A DNA stretch of 64,000 nucleotides, from NCBI GenBank assembly GCA_944347775.1, contig CALVMT010000071.1, positions 1,773 to 65,772 of the forward strand. Direction: 5' to 3'. Shown piece after piece: positions 29,426 through 39,856 of this stretch (its first letter is position 1; every line of letters begins with the position of its first letter). A program made the position numbers and the translations under genes. The notes beneath the pieces were generated by a model. That model made no database searches. It saw nothing but the letters and a program-made list of their open reading frames with translations, and was not told the DNA's origin. The DNA comes from an uncultured Clostridia bacterium (GTDB taxonomy: Bacteria; Bacillota; Clostridia; Christensenellales; Christensenellaceae).

Positions 29426-31213
29426 ATGAGTGAACAGAAAATATGGAAACGGACAGGCATGTGCCTGGATTATTCAGAGGCTGATCTCGGTAAAAAGATT
29501 ACTTTGACGGGCTGGGTGGATAATTGCCGTAATCTGGGCGGATTAATTTTTCTTTGGCTTCGTGACAGAAGCGGAATTATGCAAATTGTATTTGATGAAG
29601 GCCTGGATCAAAAAGATTTTGCAGAAGCAGAAAGCCTTCGTAATGAATTTGTCATTTCTGTGCAGGGCGAAATTATAGCGCGCCAGCCTCAAAATATTAA
29701 TGCTGATTTGCCGACTGGCAGAATTGAAGTACGAGCAGAAAAACTACAGGTTATCTCTAAAGCGATTACACCGCCGTTTGAGATTGAAGATGCATCCAAC
29801 GTGCGTGAAGAGCTGCGTTTAAAATACCGATATCTTGATCTGCGCAGACCTATATTGCAAAAAAATCTGATTTTACGTAGTAAGATCGCCAGTTCAATGC
29901 GCAGGTATTTGGATGAAAATGGATTTATAGAGATTGAAACGCCGATTTTGCAAAAAAGCACGCCGGAAGGTGCAAGAGAATATCTAGTGCCGTCTAGAAG
30001 AAAACCGGGAAGTTTTTATTCCCTGGCTCAATCTCCTCAGATATTTAAGCAATTGCTTATGGTAGCCGGTATGGATCGCTATTATCAGGTTGCAAAATGT
30101 TTTCGCGATGAGGATCTGCGTGCAGATCGTCAACCAGAATTTACCCAATTAGATATGGAACTTTCCTTTGTCGACGAGAACGACATTATGGCTATTAACG
30201 AAGGATTGCTTGCACGAGTAATGAAGGAAGTTTTTGGGTATGAATTATCCTTGCCGTTGCTCAAAATGCCCTATAAAGAGGCGATGGAGCGTTTCGGTAG
30301 TGATAAACCTGATACACGTTTTGGTCTAGAGCTTCATGATTTAAGTGAAACGGTAAAATCCTGTGGATTCAGAGTATTTGAAGAAACTGTAGCAAAAGGA
30401 GGAAGCGTGCGCGCTATTAATGCAAAACAAGCGCATTTTTCCAGAAAAGAAATTGATTCCTTTGGTCAATTTGTCAAAACCTATGGAGCAAAAGGATTGT
30501 CATGGATTAACTATAAGGAGAATGAAATTAGTTCGCCTATTGCTAAGTTCCTTTCCGAAGGTGAAATGCAGAAAATTTTACAGGAAATGAAAGCTCAACC
30601 TGGGGATGTTTTGTTTTTTATAGCAGATAAAAACAAGGTGGTTTTTGATTCTTTAGGAGCCTTGCGTTTAGAATTGGCAAAAAAATTAGGATTAATTGAT
30701 GAGCAAAAACTGAACTTTCTTTGGATTACGGAGTTTCCGATGTTTGAATTGGATGAAGAATCCGGTCGATATGTTGCAGTTCATCATCCCTTTACCTGCC
30801 CAATGGATGAAGATACTCAATATTTAGAATCCAACCCGGAAAAGGTACGCGCGAAAGCTTATGATATTGTATTAAACGGAGTGGAGTTGGGTGGTGGCAG
30901 CGTGCGTATTCATGACAGCGAATTACAACAGAGAGTTTTTCGTGCAATTGGATTTAGTACAGAAGCAGCATGGAAAAAATTTGGTTTCTTGTTAAGTGCA
31001 TTTAAATATGGAACGCCTCCACACGGTGGTTTGGCTTTTGGTTTTGACCGTATGGTCATGTTGCTGACGGGGTCTAAGAGTATTCGTGATGTTATTGCCT
31101 TCCCCAAAGCGCAAAATGCATCATGCCTAATGACAGAAGCACCTGCAGAGGTCGAAGCATCACAATTGGCTGATCTGCATATTCAAATTGTGAAAGATGA
31201 CGTGGAAAATTAA
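29426..31213 (+). CDS. aspS: aspartate--tRNA ligase
   Basis: GWV...[30 protein letters not shown], and the class II motif 3 GGLAFGFDR. Confidence 0.96.
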   Translation: MSEQKIWKRTGMCLDYSEADLGKKITLTGWVDNCRNLGGLIFLWLRDRSGIMQIVFDEGLDQKDFAEAESLRNEFVISVQGEIIARQPQNINADLPTGRIEVRAEKLQVISKAITPPFEIEDASNVREELRLKYRYLDLRRPILQKNLILRSKIASSMRRYLDENGFIEIETPILQKSTPEGAREYLVPSRRKPGSFYSLAQSPQIFKQLLMVAGMDRYYQVAKCFRDEDLRADRQPEFTQLDMELSFVDENDIMAINEGLLARVMKEVFGYELSLPLLKMPYKEAMERFGSDKPDTRFGLELHDLSETVKSCGFRVFEETVAKGGSVRAINAKQAHFSRKEIDSFGQFVKTYGAKGLSWINYKENEISSPIAKFLSEGEMQKILQEMKAQPGDVLFFIADKNKVVFDSLGALRLELAKKLGLIDEQKLNFLWITEFPMFELDEESGRYVAVHHPFTCPMDEDTQYLESNPEKVRAKAYDIVLNGVELGGGSVRIHDSELQQRVFRAIGFSTEAAWKKFGFLLSAFKYGTPPHGGLAFGFDRMVMLLTGSKSIRDVIAFPKAQNASCLMTEAPAEVEASQLADLHIQIVKDDVEN

Positions 31214-31304
31214 ATGTTTTCTTCAATCTTGGAACGGTAAATAAAATTGAGAATAGAAATAAAGCTGTTTTGTAATACTAAATAAATAGGAGGATAAAGA
31301 TTAA

Positions 31305-31616
31305 ATGCTGAATATTACCATAGAAAATTTTGAAGCTGAAGTAGTGCAATCAGAAAAACCTGTAGTGATTGATTTTTGGGCGAGTTGGTGTGGCCCATGC
31401 AGAATGTTTGCGCCTACTTTTGAAAAAGTAGGTGAAGAACTGGCGGCATCGGTGAAGTTTGCCAAAATAAACGTAGACGAGCAAGAAGAACTTGCCCGGA
31501 AATTTCGCGTAATGAGTATTCCGACAATCATTGCATTTAAAGGTGGTCAAGCAGTAAAGAAAACAATGGGTGCTATTACGCAAGCTGAATTAAAAGAATT
31601 TGCACAAAATATTTAA
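31305..31616 (+). CDS. trxA: thioredoxin
   Basis: 103 aa with the FWASWCGPCR active site and an IPT cis-Pro loop. AGGAGG is upstream. Confidence 0.93.
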   Translation: MLNITIENFEAEVVQSEKPVVIDFWASWCGPCRMFAPTFEKVGEELAASVKFAKINVDEQEELARKFRVMSIPTIIAFKGGQAVKKTMGAITQAELKEFAQNI

Positions 31617-31645
31617 GTAGTATAAGACGATAGGAAATCAAAAAG

Positions 31646-31686
31646 CTGTGGAAGGCAGATACAAAGCTGTTTTCCGCAGTTTTTTG
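31646..31686 (+). terminator. candidate rho-independent terminator after trxA
   Basis: CTGTGGAA (31646-31653) pairs with TTCCGCAG (31672-31679), with one G-U pair. TTTTTTG follows. The loop is long at 18 nt. Confidence 0.5.
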
Positions 31687-31808
31687 TTGTTTGCAGGAGT
31701 ACACAAAAACAACAATATAGACAGTATAAGATTGCAGTTTTAAATGATAAGAGATTATGGTAAAATAAAAACACTAAAACCAGATGAAGTATTACAGGAG
31801 TAGCGGAA

Positions 31809-34800
31809 TTGAAGCTGGAAAAAATAGAAATTAATGGATTCAAATCCTTTGCTGAAAAAACGGAAATTTTATTAGATGGAGAGATAACGGGAATTGTCGG
31901 GCCGAATGGCAGTGGTAAAAGTAATATTGCCGATGCGGTCAGATGGGTATTAGGAGAACAAAATAGCAGAAGCCTTCGCGGGGCAAAAATGGAAGATGTT
32001 ATTTTTGGAGGGACGCAAAGCCGCAAACCTAAAGCTTATTGTGAGGTTTCTTTATCTTTTGATAATACAGATCAGCGCATTAACACAGAGTATAGCCAGA
32101 TTGTTATTACAAGAAAAATGTTTCGCTCCGGAGAAAGCGAATATTATTTAAATCATATACCAGTTCGCCTTAAAGATATTTTGGATATTGTGCGTGATAC
32201 AGGAATTGGAAGAGAAGGATATTCTATTGTTGGACAGGGGAAGATCGATGAGATTCTTTCAGCAAAGCCTGGTGCGAGGAGAAAGGTTTTTGAAGAAGCA
32301 GCGGGAGTGATGAAATTTCGTACTCGTAAAGAAGAAGCAGAAAACAAACTGCAAAAGACACAGGATAATCTGGTGCGTATTGGTGATATCTTAGAGGAAT
32401 TATATACACAGATTGGGCCGCTTTCCGAGCAGGCTGAGAAAACAAAAACATATTTAACACTATTTGAACGGCAAAAATATTTAGATGCTAATATTTTTTT
32501 AGTAAATCATGAACGAGTGCAGAAACGTTTAGATAAGTTGAAAAACGATTTACAAGAGTTAGAAAAGCAGATATGGCAAGATAAGTCCCGATTTGGAGAT
32601 GTAACACAACAAAGCGAAGAGCTTGCGGAGCGATTGAAGCTTATTGAGAAGGACATATCATTTTTGCGGGAGCAATATGAACAGACTGTGGCTGCAGCAG
32701 AACAAGCAGGAACGGAAAGGAATGTCGCATCTGAACGGCTTGCGGCAACGCAAAAAGATATAGTTCGTTTATCTGAAGAACAGAAAGCTATGCAGAAGAG
32801 GAAAGAAAATCTTAAACTGCAAAAAGAACAGGCGGAAAAACGGTTGAGTGACCTTCTTAAACAGACAGATCAGATTTCATGCCAGATTGTACAGCAGAAA
32901 GATCTATGCGAAGAGGAACAAAGGCAACAGGCAGAGCATCGCCAGCAATTGCAGCAGATTCGACAGCGGCATTTAGCTTTATTGGAACAGCAAAATATTT
33001 TAGAGCGTAGCCTAGCCACGATACATGCAAAAAAAGAGGGTATGGAAGCCTCGGTTATGCAACTGCAATCGCGCCTACAATTTGGGGAAGAACAATTTTT
33101 GCATAATGAAGCATTGAAAAGAGAGTTGGGCGAAAAAGTAAATGATTTAAATAAACAGATTGCACGGATAAAAACAGATTTGCAAGAGAATCGGGAACAG
33201 GCAATTCAGGTGCGCCAACAACAAAAACAAAATGAACAGCAGCTTGGCAAAAATCGTGTTCAGTGCCAGGAGATGGTTTCTCGTAAGCGGTTTTTGGAAA
33301 AATTAAAACAAGAATATGAAGGTTACGCTCAAGGGGTAAAAAATTTAATGTTGGAGATTCATCGCCAGCCGAAATCTTTTTATGGTGTTTTAGGCACATT
33401 GGCTGAATTGATCGGAATTTCAAAAGATTATGAAAAGGCCTTGGAAGCAGCTCTTGGCGCAGCTTTACAAAATATTGTTGTACAGACAGATGAGGATGCT
33501 AAGGCAGCAATTGAGTTGCTGCGAAAAAAGAAATTGGGCAGAGTCAGTTTTATGCCTTTGCAATCTCTTAAAATTCGTATGTTGTCGGATAGGGAAGAGA
33601 GATTGCTTGGCGAAGGAATGCTTAGGGCTGATCAGGTAGTGCAATGCAGCGAACAAGTGCGTAGTGCAGTAGAATTTTTGCTGGCGCGTACGGTGATTGT
33701 TGAAAATATGGATGTAGCAATTGCGCTTGCAAAAAAAAGCGGACATACCTTTCGCATTGTAACACTGGAAGGAGACTTGATTAATCCAGGTGGTATAATT
33801 ACAGGTGGAAGTATGCAAAAGCGTAATTTTGGACTTTTGGGAAGAGATCGGGAAATTGAACAGTGTACCAACCTTGCACGCCTTTATGAGCAAAAAACCC
33901 AGGAACTGCAAGAACAGAATAGAAAATTATCTGATCGAGTGGAAGAAATGGAACACAACAATGAGTGCCTTTCCACAAAGCTAAAAGAAACGGAAATTAT
34001 ACAAGTGCAATATCAGACGCAATGGCAAAATGCTCAACAGCAAGCAATTGCTTTACAGGAGGAACAACAGAAAAATAAGGTACAGCTTCAGGATATTGAA
34101 CAAAATTCTAATTATAGTGAAGAACAGACAATGCAACTGCAACTGCAATTGCAGAAGATAAAATTGGATTTGCAGCAAATTGTTGAATTGCAAGAGCAAT
34201 TGCAACAACGGGAAGAACAACAAGAAAAAACAGCTCAGCAAAGACTGGGTGAACTGCAGGTACAAGAAGCCCGTTTACAAGGAGAAGTGCAAAGAAACAA
34301 AGAAATGTTGGAAAGTATTTCACAAGAACAGCGAGATACGGAAAATAATATATACCAGAAGAGACAAGAACAGGAAAACCTTGTTGAACAAAGAAAATTA
34401 TTGGCATCCGACGAACAAGAATATGCTCACAAACAGCAACACAGTAAGCAGAATGCGGAAAAGTTGCGTATAAAAGTTGAGCAGGAGGAAGCTCAGCGGA
34501 TGATGACAAATGAACAGCTGGCTCAAATGCAAAGACGAGGGACAGAATATCAAATGCGTCAAGCAGAGATGGCTGAAGGAAAATATAAACTGGAAAGTCA
34601 AATTGAACGATTGAGCCTGAGCATGGAAAATGCCCAAAATAAATTGTGGGATGATTATGGAATGACGTACGGAGAGGCAGAATCCTTTCGGGAGGAGATC
34701 AATTACGCTCAAAGTACGAGGGAGTTGCAGGAAATTCGTGAAAAGATTCGTGTACTTGGTTCTATTAATCCTAATGCGGTAGAAGATTATAATCGGGTAT

Positions 34801-35351
34801 ATGCGCGTACAAAAGAAATGGCGGCGCAAAAGGAGGATTTGGAAAAGGCAAAGATTGATCTAGAAGCACTTATTCGCAATATTCTTGCTTCTATGAAAAT
34901 TGTATTTAGCGAAAAATTTCAACAAATTAACAAAAATTTTGGAGAAATATTTCATGAATTGTTTGGTGGAGGGCATGCTTCAATCTCTCTAATGGAAGGT
35001 GATATTATGGAATGTGGAATTGAAATCTCAGCAGAACCGCCGGGAAAAAAGTTGCAGCATATTTCGTTACTTTCAGGTGGAGAGCGTGCGCTTACCGGCA
35101 TTGCTCTGTTGTTTGCGATGATTCGTATAAATCCGGCGCCTCTATGTCTTTTAGACGAGATAGATGCACCGCTTGATGAGGCAAACGTGGTGCGCTTTGG
35201 AAATTACATCAAAAAGATACCGGATTCTCAATTTTTGATTATTACTCACCGTAAGCCGACAATGGCTATTTGTCAGGTATTGTTTGGTGTGACAATGGAG
35301 GAAAAAGGTGTCTCCAAGCTGGTATCTGTAAAAATTGAAGAACAGGAGTGA
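31809..35351 (+). CDS. smc: chromosome segregation protein SMC
   Basis: INGFKSF......GIVGPNGSGKSNI Walker A, long Q/E/K-rich coiled coils, a hinge (LG.....V.), LSGGE signature and LLDEIDAPLD Walker B. TTG start after AGGAG. Confidence 0.96.
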   Translation: MKLEKIEINGFKSFAEKTEILLDGEITGIVGPNGSGKSNIADAVRWVLGEQNSRSLRGAKMEDVIFGGTQSRKPKAYCEVSLSFDNTDQRINTEYSQIVITRKMFRSGESEYYLNHIPVRLKDILDIVRDTGIGREGYSIVGQGKIDEILSAKPGARRKVFEEAAGVMKFRTRKEEAENKLQKTQDNLVRIGDILEELYTQIGPLSEQAEKTKTYLTLFERQKYLDANIFLVNHERVQKRLDKLKNDLQELEKQIWQDKSRFGDVTQQSEELAERLKLIEKDISFLREQYEQTVAAAEQAGTERNVASERLAATQKDIVRLSEEQKAMQKRKENLKLQKEQAEKRLSDLLKQTDQISCQIVQQKDLCEEEQRQQAEHRQQLQQIRQRHLALLEQQNILERSLATIHAKKEGMEASVMQLQSRLQFGEEQFLHNEALKRELGEKVNDLNKQIARIKTDLQENREQAIQVRQQQKQNEQQLGKNRVQCQEMVSRKRFLEKLKQEYEGYAQGVKNLMLEIHRQPKSFYGVLGTLAELIGISKDYEKALEAALGAALQNIVVQTDEDAKAAIELLRKKKLGRVSFMPLQSLKIRMLSDREERLLGEGMLRADQVVQCSEQVRSAVEFLLARTVIVENMDVAIALAKKSGHTFRIVTLEGDLINPGGIITGGSMQKRNFGLLGRDREIEQCTNLARLYEQKTQELQEQNRKLSDRVEEMEHNNECLSTKLKETEIIQVQYQTQWQNAQQQAIALQEEQQKNKVQLQDIEQNSNYSEEQTMQLQLQLQKIKLDLQQIVELQEQLQQREEQQEKTAQQRLGELQVQEARLQGEVQRNKEMLESISQEQRDTENNIYQKRQEQENLVEQRKLLASDEQEYAHKQQHSKQNAEKLRIKVEQEEAQRMMTNEQLAQMQRRGTEYQMRQAEMAEGKYKLESQIERLSLSMENAQNKLWDDYGMTYGEAESFREEINYAQSTRELQEIREKIRVLGSINPNAVEDYNRVYARTKEMAAQKEDLEKAKIDLEALIRNILASMKIVFSEKFQQINKNFGEIFHELFGGGHASISLMEGDIMECGIEISAEPPGKKLQHISLLSGGERALTGIALLFAMIRINPAPLCLLDEIDAPLDEANVVRFGNYIKKIPDSQFLIITHRKPTMAICQVLFGVTMEEKGVSKLVSVKIEEQE

Positions 35352-35355
35352 CAAC

Positions 35356-36255
35356 ATGTCTTTTTTTGAAAAATTAAAGCAGGGAATGAGCAAAACTCGA
35401 AAAAATATAGCAGAAAAATTAAGCGGTGTTTTTTCGGTATTTACAAGAGTGGATGAAGATTTGCTTGATGAATTGGAAGAGACGCTGATTTTATGTGATC
35501 TGGGAGTAAATACCGTGACGGAAATTATAGAGAAGCTTCGCAGGCAGATAAAAGAAGAAAAATTAAAAGAAATAACGGATGTGAAGCAAGCTCTCAAGCA
35601 AATTCTTTTAGAACTGGTAGAGTTTGAACAAGATGAAGAACATTTTCCAAAAGTGATTTTAGTGGTTGGTGTGAATGGCGCAGGAAAAACGACCTCAATA
35701 GGAAAAATTGCACATGTTTATCAGAGCCAGGGTAGGCAGGTGTTGTTGGCTGCTGCGGACACATTTCGCGCTGCTGCGGCAAAACAACTTAGCATTTGGG
35801 CAGAACGAGCCGGAGTACCGATAGTAAAATATGGAGAAGGACATGACCCGGCTGCGGTTGTATATGATGCTATTGATTCAGCAAAGCATAGGGGTAGCGA
35901 TGTTATTTTGTGTGATACGGCTGGACGCCTACACAATAAGAAAAATCTGATGAGCGAATTGAGCAAAATATCACGCGTAATTGATCGGGAATATCCTGAG
36001 GCAGCAAAGGAAACTCTTCTGGTATTAGATGGAACTGCGGGGCAAAATGCACTTTTTCAAGCTAGGGAATTTGCAAATACAGTCTCGATTGACGGTATTG
36101 TATTGACAAAGTTGGATGGAACAGCGAAAGGGGGATTTATATTCGCTATTCGAAAAGAACTTGGTATTCCGGTAAAATATATCGGTGTAGGTGAAGGTTT
36201 AGACGATTTGCAACCCTTTGATGCAAAGGAGTTTGTGAATTCCTTAATAGAGTGA
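35356..36255 (+). CDS. ftsY: signal recognition particle-docking protein FtsY
   Basis: MSFFEKLK..., VGVNGAGKTT, DTAGR and TKLDGTAKGG motifs. ATG at 35356 is 7 nt after AGGAG. Conserved smc-ftsY order. Confidence 0.95.
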   Translation: MSFFEKLKQGMSKTRKNIAEKLSGVFSVFTRVDEDLLDELEETLILCDLGVNTVTEIIEKLRRQIKEEKLKEITDVKQALKQILLELVEFEQDEEHFPKVILVVGVNGAGKTTSIGKIAHVYQSQGRQVLLAAADTFRAAAAKQLSIWAERAGVPIVKYGEGHDPAAVVYDAIDSAKHRGSDVILCDTAGRLHNKKNLMSELSKISRVIDREYPEAAKETLLVLDGTAGQNALFQAREFANTVSIDGIVLTKLDGTAKGGFIFAIRKELGIPVKYIGVGEGLDDLQPFDAKEFVNSLIE

Positions 36256-36268
36256 CAAGTAAAAATAC

Positions 36269-36297
36269 TTGACAGTTGAAATGAAAAATAGTATGAT
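36269..36297 (+). promoter_or_regulatory. sigma-A type promoter immediately upstream of ylxM-ffh
   Basis: TTGACA (36269-36274), 17 nt spacer, TATGAT (36292-36297). The ylxM ATG lies only 12 nt downstream of the -10 element. Confidence 0.45.
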
Positions 36298-36308
36298 AGG
36301 GGAGCAGT

Positions 36309-36632
36309 ATGCAGACAGAAAAGCATTTTACCTTTTCTTTGTTGTTGGATGTTTATGGCCCTTTGTTGACTGAAAAACAGCGTGAAACTCTGGATTTGTA
36401 TGTTAATGAAGACTTAAGTCTCTCGGAAATTGCAGAAAATACGGGAGTTTCTCGTCAAGCAGCACAAGATGCGATTAAAAAAGCGCAGCAACGGCTCCGA
36501 GAATGGGAAAAAGCACTTGGATATCTGGAAAAACGATTGCGGATAGAAAAAATTTTGCAGCGAATGCAATCCGATCGAGATATGCTTGAACAGGGTATCG
36601 AACAAATCAGAAAAATTCTCTGGGAGGAATAG
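36309..36632 (+). CDS. ylxM: YlxM (UPF0122) putative helix-turn-helix protein
   Basis: LLDVYGPLLTEKQRETLDLYVNEDLSLSEIAE..GVSRQA..DAIK is the UPF0122 signature. It lies directly upstream of ffh, as in Bacillus. Confidence 0.85.
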   Translation: MQTEKHFTFSLLLDVYGPLLTEKQRETLDLYVNEDLSLSEIAENTGVSRQAAQDAIKKAQQRLREWEKALGYLEKRLRIEKILQRMQSDRDMLEQGIEQIRKILWEE

Positions 36633-36634
36633 AC

Positions 36635-37960
36635 ATGGCATTTGAGGGCTTGGCGGAAAAACTGCAGAGTGTGTTTGGTAAGCTGACCGGTCGGGGAAAA
36701 CTCTCGGAAGCTGACATCAAAGCGGCGATGAGAGAAGTGCGTTTAGCTTTGTTGGAGGCAGATGTCAACTATTTGGTTGTCAAAAAGTTTGTAAAGAACG
36801 TATCTGAAAAAGCAGTTGGTGAGCAAGTATTGCAGAGCTTGACACCCGGGCAGCAGGTAATTAAGATTGTTCGCGATGAAATGATTGAGTTGCTTGGTGG
36901 AACACGTAGTACAATTAAGCTTTCCTCTTCTCCTCCTACGGTAATTTTAATGGCTGGACTGCAGGGCGCAGGAAAAACAACAATGTGCGGCAAATTGGCG
37001 TTATATTTTAAAAAGCAGGGGAAAAGCCCGATGCTTGTGGCATGTGATGTTTACCGACCGGCTGCAAAAGATCAGCTGAAAGTTGTCGGCCAGAGTGTAG
37101 GAGCCGAAGTATTTGCAATGGATTCCCCAAATCCCGTAGAAATTACCCATGCAGCATTAAAACAGGCAGTGAATAGGGGAAATGATATTGTCATTGTAGA
37201 TACGGCGGGACGGTTGCATATTGATGATACAATGATGCAAGAATTAAGGGAGCTCAAAAAGGATGTTAATCCAGATGAAGTTCTGTTAGTTGTTGATGCC
37301 ATGGCTGGACAGGATGCAGTGAATGCAGCAAAAGCATTTAACGAGGAAGTAGAGCTGACCGGCATTATCCTGACTAAGGTAGATGGAGATGCTAGAGGCG
37401 GTGCAGCGCTCTCAGTAAAAGATGTTACAGGCAAGCCTATCAAGTTTGTGGGGATAGGCGAGAAGATGCAGGATTTGGAACCGTTTTATCCTGATCGAAT
37501 GACAAGTAGAATTCTTGGTATGGGAGATGTGCTTTCTCTGATTGAAAAGGCAGAAGAAGCGATTGATGAGAAAAAAGCAAAAGAGCAGCTGGAGAAAATG
37601 AGAAATCAGCAGTTTGATCTCAATGATTTTTTGGAAAATCTCCAACAAATTAAAGGGATGGGCTCTATGCAGGATATATTGGCAATGTTGCCCGGAGGGA
37701 AAAAACTTTCGGGAATAGAATTTGATGAAAAACAATTTAAACGTATTGAAGCGATGATTTGTTCTATGACGATGGAAGAAAGGCAAATGCCGGCAATAAT
37801 TAATGGAAGCCGTCGAAAACGCATTGCTAGAGGTAGTGGGACCAGTGTACAAGAAGTTAACCGTCTGCTTAATCAATTTGATCAGATGAAGAAAATGATG
37901 AAAATCTTTAGCGGTAAAAAAAACAGACGTCGCGGAGGTATGATGGGATTGCCTTTCTAA
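36635..37960 (+). CDS. ffh: signal recognition particle protein Ffh
   Basis: MAFEGL..KL, GLQGAGKTT, DTAGR, TK.DGDARGGAALS and a Met-rich M domain. Confidence 0.97.
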   Translation: MAFEGLAEKLQSVFGKLTGRGKLSEADIKAAMREVRLALLEADVNYLVVKKFVKNVSEKAVGEQVLQSLTPGQQVIKIVRDEMIELLGGTRSTIKLSSSPPTVILMAGLQGAGKTTMCGKLALYFKKQGKSPMLVACDVYRPAAKDQLKVVGQSVGAEVFAMDSPNPVEITHAALKQAVNRGNDIVIVDTAGRLHIDDTMMQELRELKKDVNPDEVLLVVDAMAGQDAVNAAKAFNEEVELTGIILTKVDGDARGGAALSVKDVTGKPIKFVGIGEKMQDLEPFYPDRMTSRILGMGDVLSLIEKAEEAIDEKKAKEQLEKMRNQQFDLNDFLENLQQIKGMGSMQDILAMLPGGKKLSGIEFDEKQFKRIEAMICSMTMEERQMPAIINGSRRKRIARGSGTSVQEVNRLLNQFDQMKKMMKIFSGKKNRRRGGMMGLPF

Positions 37961-38015
37961 CAAGGGCATTTACATAATAAAACTTGATAAATAGATTTTA
38001 TTGGAGGAATTAAAA

Positions 38016-38255
38016 ATGGCAGTAAAAATCAGATTTAAAAGAATGGGTGCAAAAAAGGCACCGTTTTACAGAATTGTAGTAGCAGATAGTAGAAGCCCCA
38101 GAGACGGTGCGTTTATAGAGGAATTGGGCTACTATAATCCTGCTACTAAAGATACTAAAATTGAATTGGACAAGGCCAAAGATTGGGTTAGTAAGGGTGC
38201 ACAGCCCACAGAAACTGTTCGTGCTCTCTTTAAGAAAAACGGTATTATCGGTTAA
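38016..38255 (+). CDS. rpsP: 30S ribosomal protein S16
   Basis: [41 protein letters not shown] at 38016 is 8 nt after GGAGG. Confidence 0.96.
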   Translation: MAVKIRFKRMGAKKAPFYRIVVADSRSPRDGAFIEELGYYNPATKDTKIELDKAKDWVSKGAQPTETVRALFKKNGIIG

Positions 38256-38278
38256 TCATATAGGAAGCAGGGAAAATA

Positions 38279-38506
38279 ATGGTAGAGTTAGTAGAGTTTT
38301 TGGCAAAATCTTTGGTAGACAATCCAGATCAAGTCAAAATTTCGGAAAAAACGCTTAATGATACGGTCATTTTGGAATTGACTGTTGCAGAAAGTGATAT
38401 GGGAAAAGTAATTGGTAAACAAGGACGAATTGCAAAAGCAATTCGGACAGTGGTAAAAGCTGCGTCGGCAAAATCTGGTAAAAAGTATACGGTGGAAATT
38501 ATCTGA
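38279..38506 (+). CDS. KH domain RNA-binding protein (YlqC-like)
   Basis: 75 aa with LV...A..LVD.PD.V and the KH core GKVIGKQGRIAKAIRTVV. Conserved position between rpsP and rimM. Confidence 0.88.
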   Translation: MVELVEFLAKSLVDNPDQVKISEKTLNDTVILELTVAESDMGKVIGKQGRIAKAIRTVVKAASAKSGKKYTVEII

Positions 38507-38507
38507 T

Positions 38508-39023
38508 ATGGATTATTTTGCTATTGCGAAAGTGTTAAAGCCGCAGGGAATAAAAGGAGAAGTTAAATTAGAAACCTATGTTGAGGAGATTGATCGATTT
38601 TCTAATTTAACTCATCTCTATACTCAACAGGACGGTAAATATATAAAGCATTTAGTAGAATCTGGCAGAGTTTATCGTGGATTTGCTTATGTCAAATTGT
38701 CAGATTGCGCTGATCGCAATGCAGCAGAACTACTCCGTGGACAACTTCTTTATATTGATCGTGCTCATGCAGCAGAATTGCCAGAAAATGCAAATTATAT
38801 TGCAGATTTGCTTGGCCTTACCGTACAAGATGACAATGGGCATATTTTGGGAATTCTTGAAGAGGTAATTCTAACTGGAGGGGTAGAAGTTTATCAGGTG
38901 GCGTCAAAAGAAAAAAAATTGCTGTTTCCCCTGGCTCCTGGAGTTGAACTTGAACGGGACTTAGAAAAGGGGATAATTCTGATCAGTGCAGCGCGATTGG
39001 AAGAGGTCGCAATTGATGCTTAA
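38508..39023 (+). CDS. rimM: ribosome maturation factor RimM
   Basis: IAKVLKPQGIKGEVK N-terminus and a PRC-barrel C-terminus. Conserved rpsP-KH-rimM-trmD order. Confidence 0.92.
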   Translation: MDYFAIAKVLKPQGIKGEVKLETYVEEIDRFSNLTHLYTQQDGKYIKHLVESGRVYRGFAYVKLSDCADRNAAELLRGQLLYIDRAHAAELPENANYIADLLGLTVQDDNGHILGILEEVILTGGVEVYQVASKEKKLLFPLAPGVELERDLEKGIILISAARLEEVAIDA

Positions 39024-39768
39024 TTTTCATATTCTTACTATTTTTCCTGAAATGTTTGATTCGTTTTGTAAAGCAAGTATATGTAAACGTGCAATAGAAA
39101 ATAGTAAGGTTGCTTTTTTTCTGCATAATTACAGAGATTATACATTAGATAAGCATAAACGGGTAGATGATGCGCCGTTTGGCGGTGGTGCCGGTATGCT
39201 TATTGCTCCGCAAAGCGTATGTGATTGTTTTGCATCGATTAAAAGTCATCAAATAGGGAAAAAAGTGATAAATCTTTATATGTCTGCTTCAGGTATGCCT
39301 TTTTGTCAGCAGATGGCAGAGCAATTAGCCGCTTATGAGGAAATTAATGTTCTTTGTGGGCACTACGAGGGAGTAGATCAACGAATTATTGATACACATA
39401 TTGACTTGGAAGTATCTATTGGTGACTATGTGCTTACTGGGGGTGAATTACCCGCAATGGTGCTTGCAGATGCTGTAATGCGTTATATTCCTGGTGTTTT
39501 GGGAAATGAGCAAAGCACACAGGATGAATCTTTTAGTTACGATGGTTTGTTGGAATATCCTCAATATACGCGACCGGCTGATTTTCGTGGTTTGCAGGTG
39601 CCTGAAATTTTGTTGAGTGGACATCATGCGAATATACGGGCATGGCAGAGGCGACGTGCTTTAGAGAAAACGGCCCTTGTCAGACCGGATTTGTTACAAA
39701 AAGCAAAATTGACACCCCAGGAACGAAGAGAATTTTTGCAAAATCTCTTGCCAAATAATTTGAATTAA
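39016..39768 (+). CDS. trmD: tRNA (guanine37-N1)-methyltransferase
   Basis: ILTIFPEMF, VDD.PFGGG.GM, CGHYEG.D.R, GDYVLTGGE.PAMV..DA..R..PGVLG motifs. ATG at 39016 overlaps the rimM 3' end. Confidence 0.95.
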   Translation: MLNFHILTIFPEMFDSFCKASICKRAIENSKVAFFLHNYRDYTLDKHKRVDDAPFGGGAGMLIAPQSVCDCFASIKSHQIGKKVINLYMSASGMPFCQQMAEQLAAYEEINVLCGHYEGVDQRIIDTHIDLEVSIGDYVLTGGELPAMVLADAVMRYIPGVLGNEQSTQDESFSYDGLLEYPQYTRPADFRGLQVPEILLSGHHANIRAWQRRRALEKTALVRPDLLQKAKLTPQERREFLQNLLPNNLN

Positions 39769-39777
39769 TGTTATAAT
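39748..39777 (+). promoter_or_regulatory. candidate sigma-A promoter (extended -10) for rplS inside the trmD 3' end
   Basis: TTGCCA (39748-39753), 18 nt spacer, TGtTATAAT (39769-39777). Confidence 0.45.
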
Positions 39778-39783
39778 ACGAAA

Positions 39784-39856
39784 TGTGTGTTTAAAGTACT
39801 AGAGCGGTCCGATGCCTTATAAGGTAAGAACGCTTACGATAAATGGAGGATCTATT
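39784..39856 (+). promoter_or_regulatory. rplS 5' leader with small hairpins; possible L19-type ribosomal-protein leader
   Basis: The roughly 70 nt leader contains the palindrome CCTTATAAGG and the hairpin GTAAG-AACG-CTTAC just before the GGAGGA RBS. An L19 autoregulatory leader is known upstream of rplS in Bacillota. I could not confirm a match to that model by eye. Confidence 0.3.

Noticed and set aside
34100-34270. Apparent DNA-level repetition (GCAACTGCAACTGCAATTGCAG ... CAAGAGCAATTGCAACAACGG) inside smc.
   Set aside because: It is codon-level low complexity from the Gln/Leu/Glu-rich heptads of the SMC coiled coil (QLQLQLQKIKLDLQQIVELQEQLQQ). It is not a tandem repeat array, and the frame stays intact.
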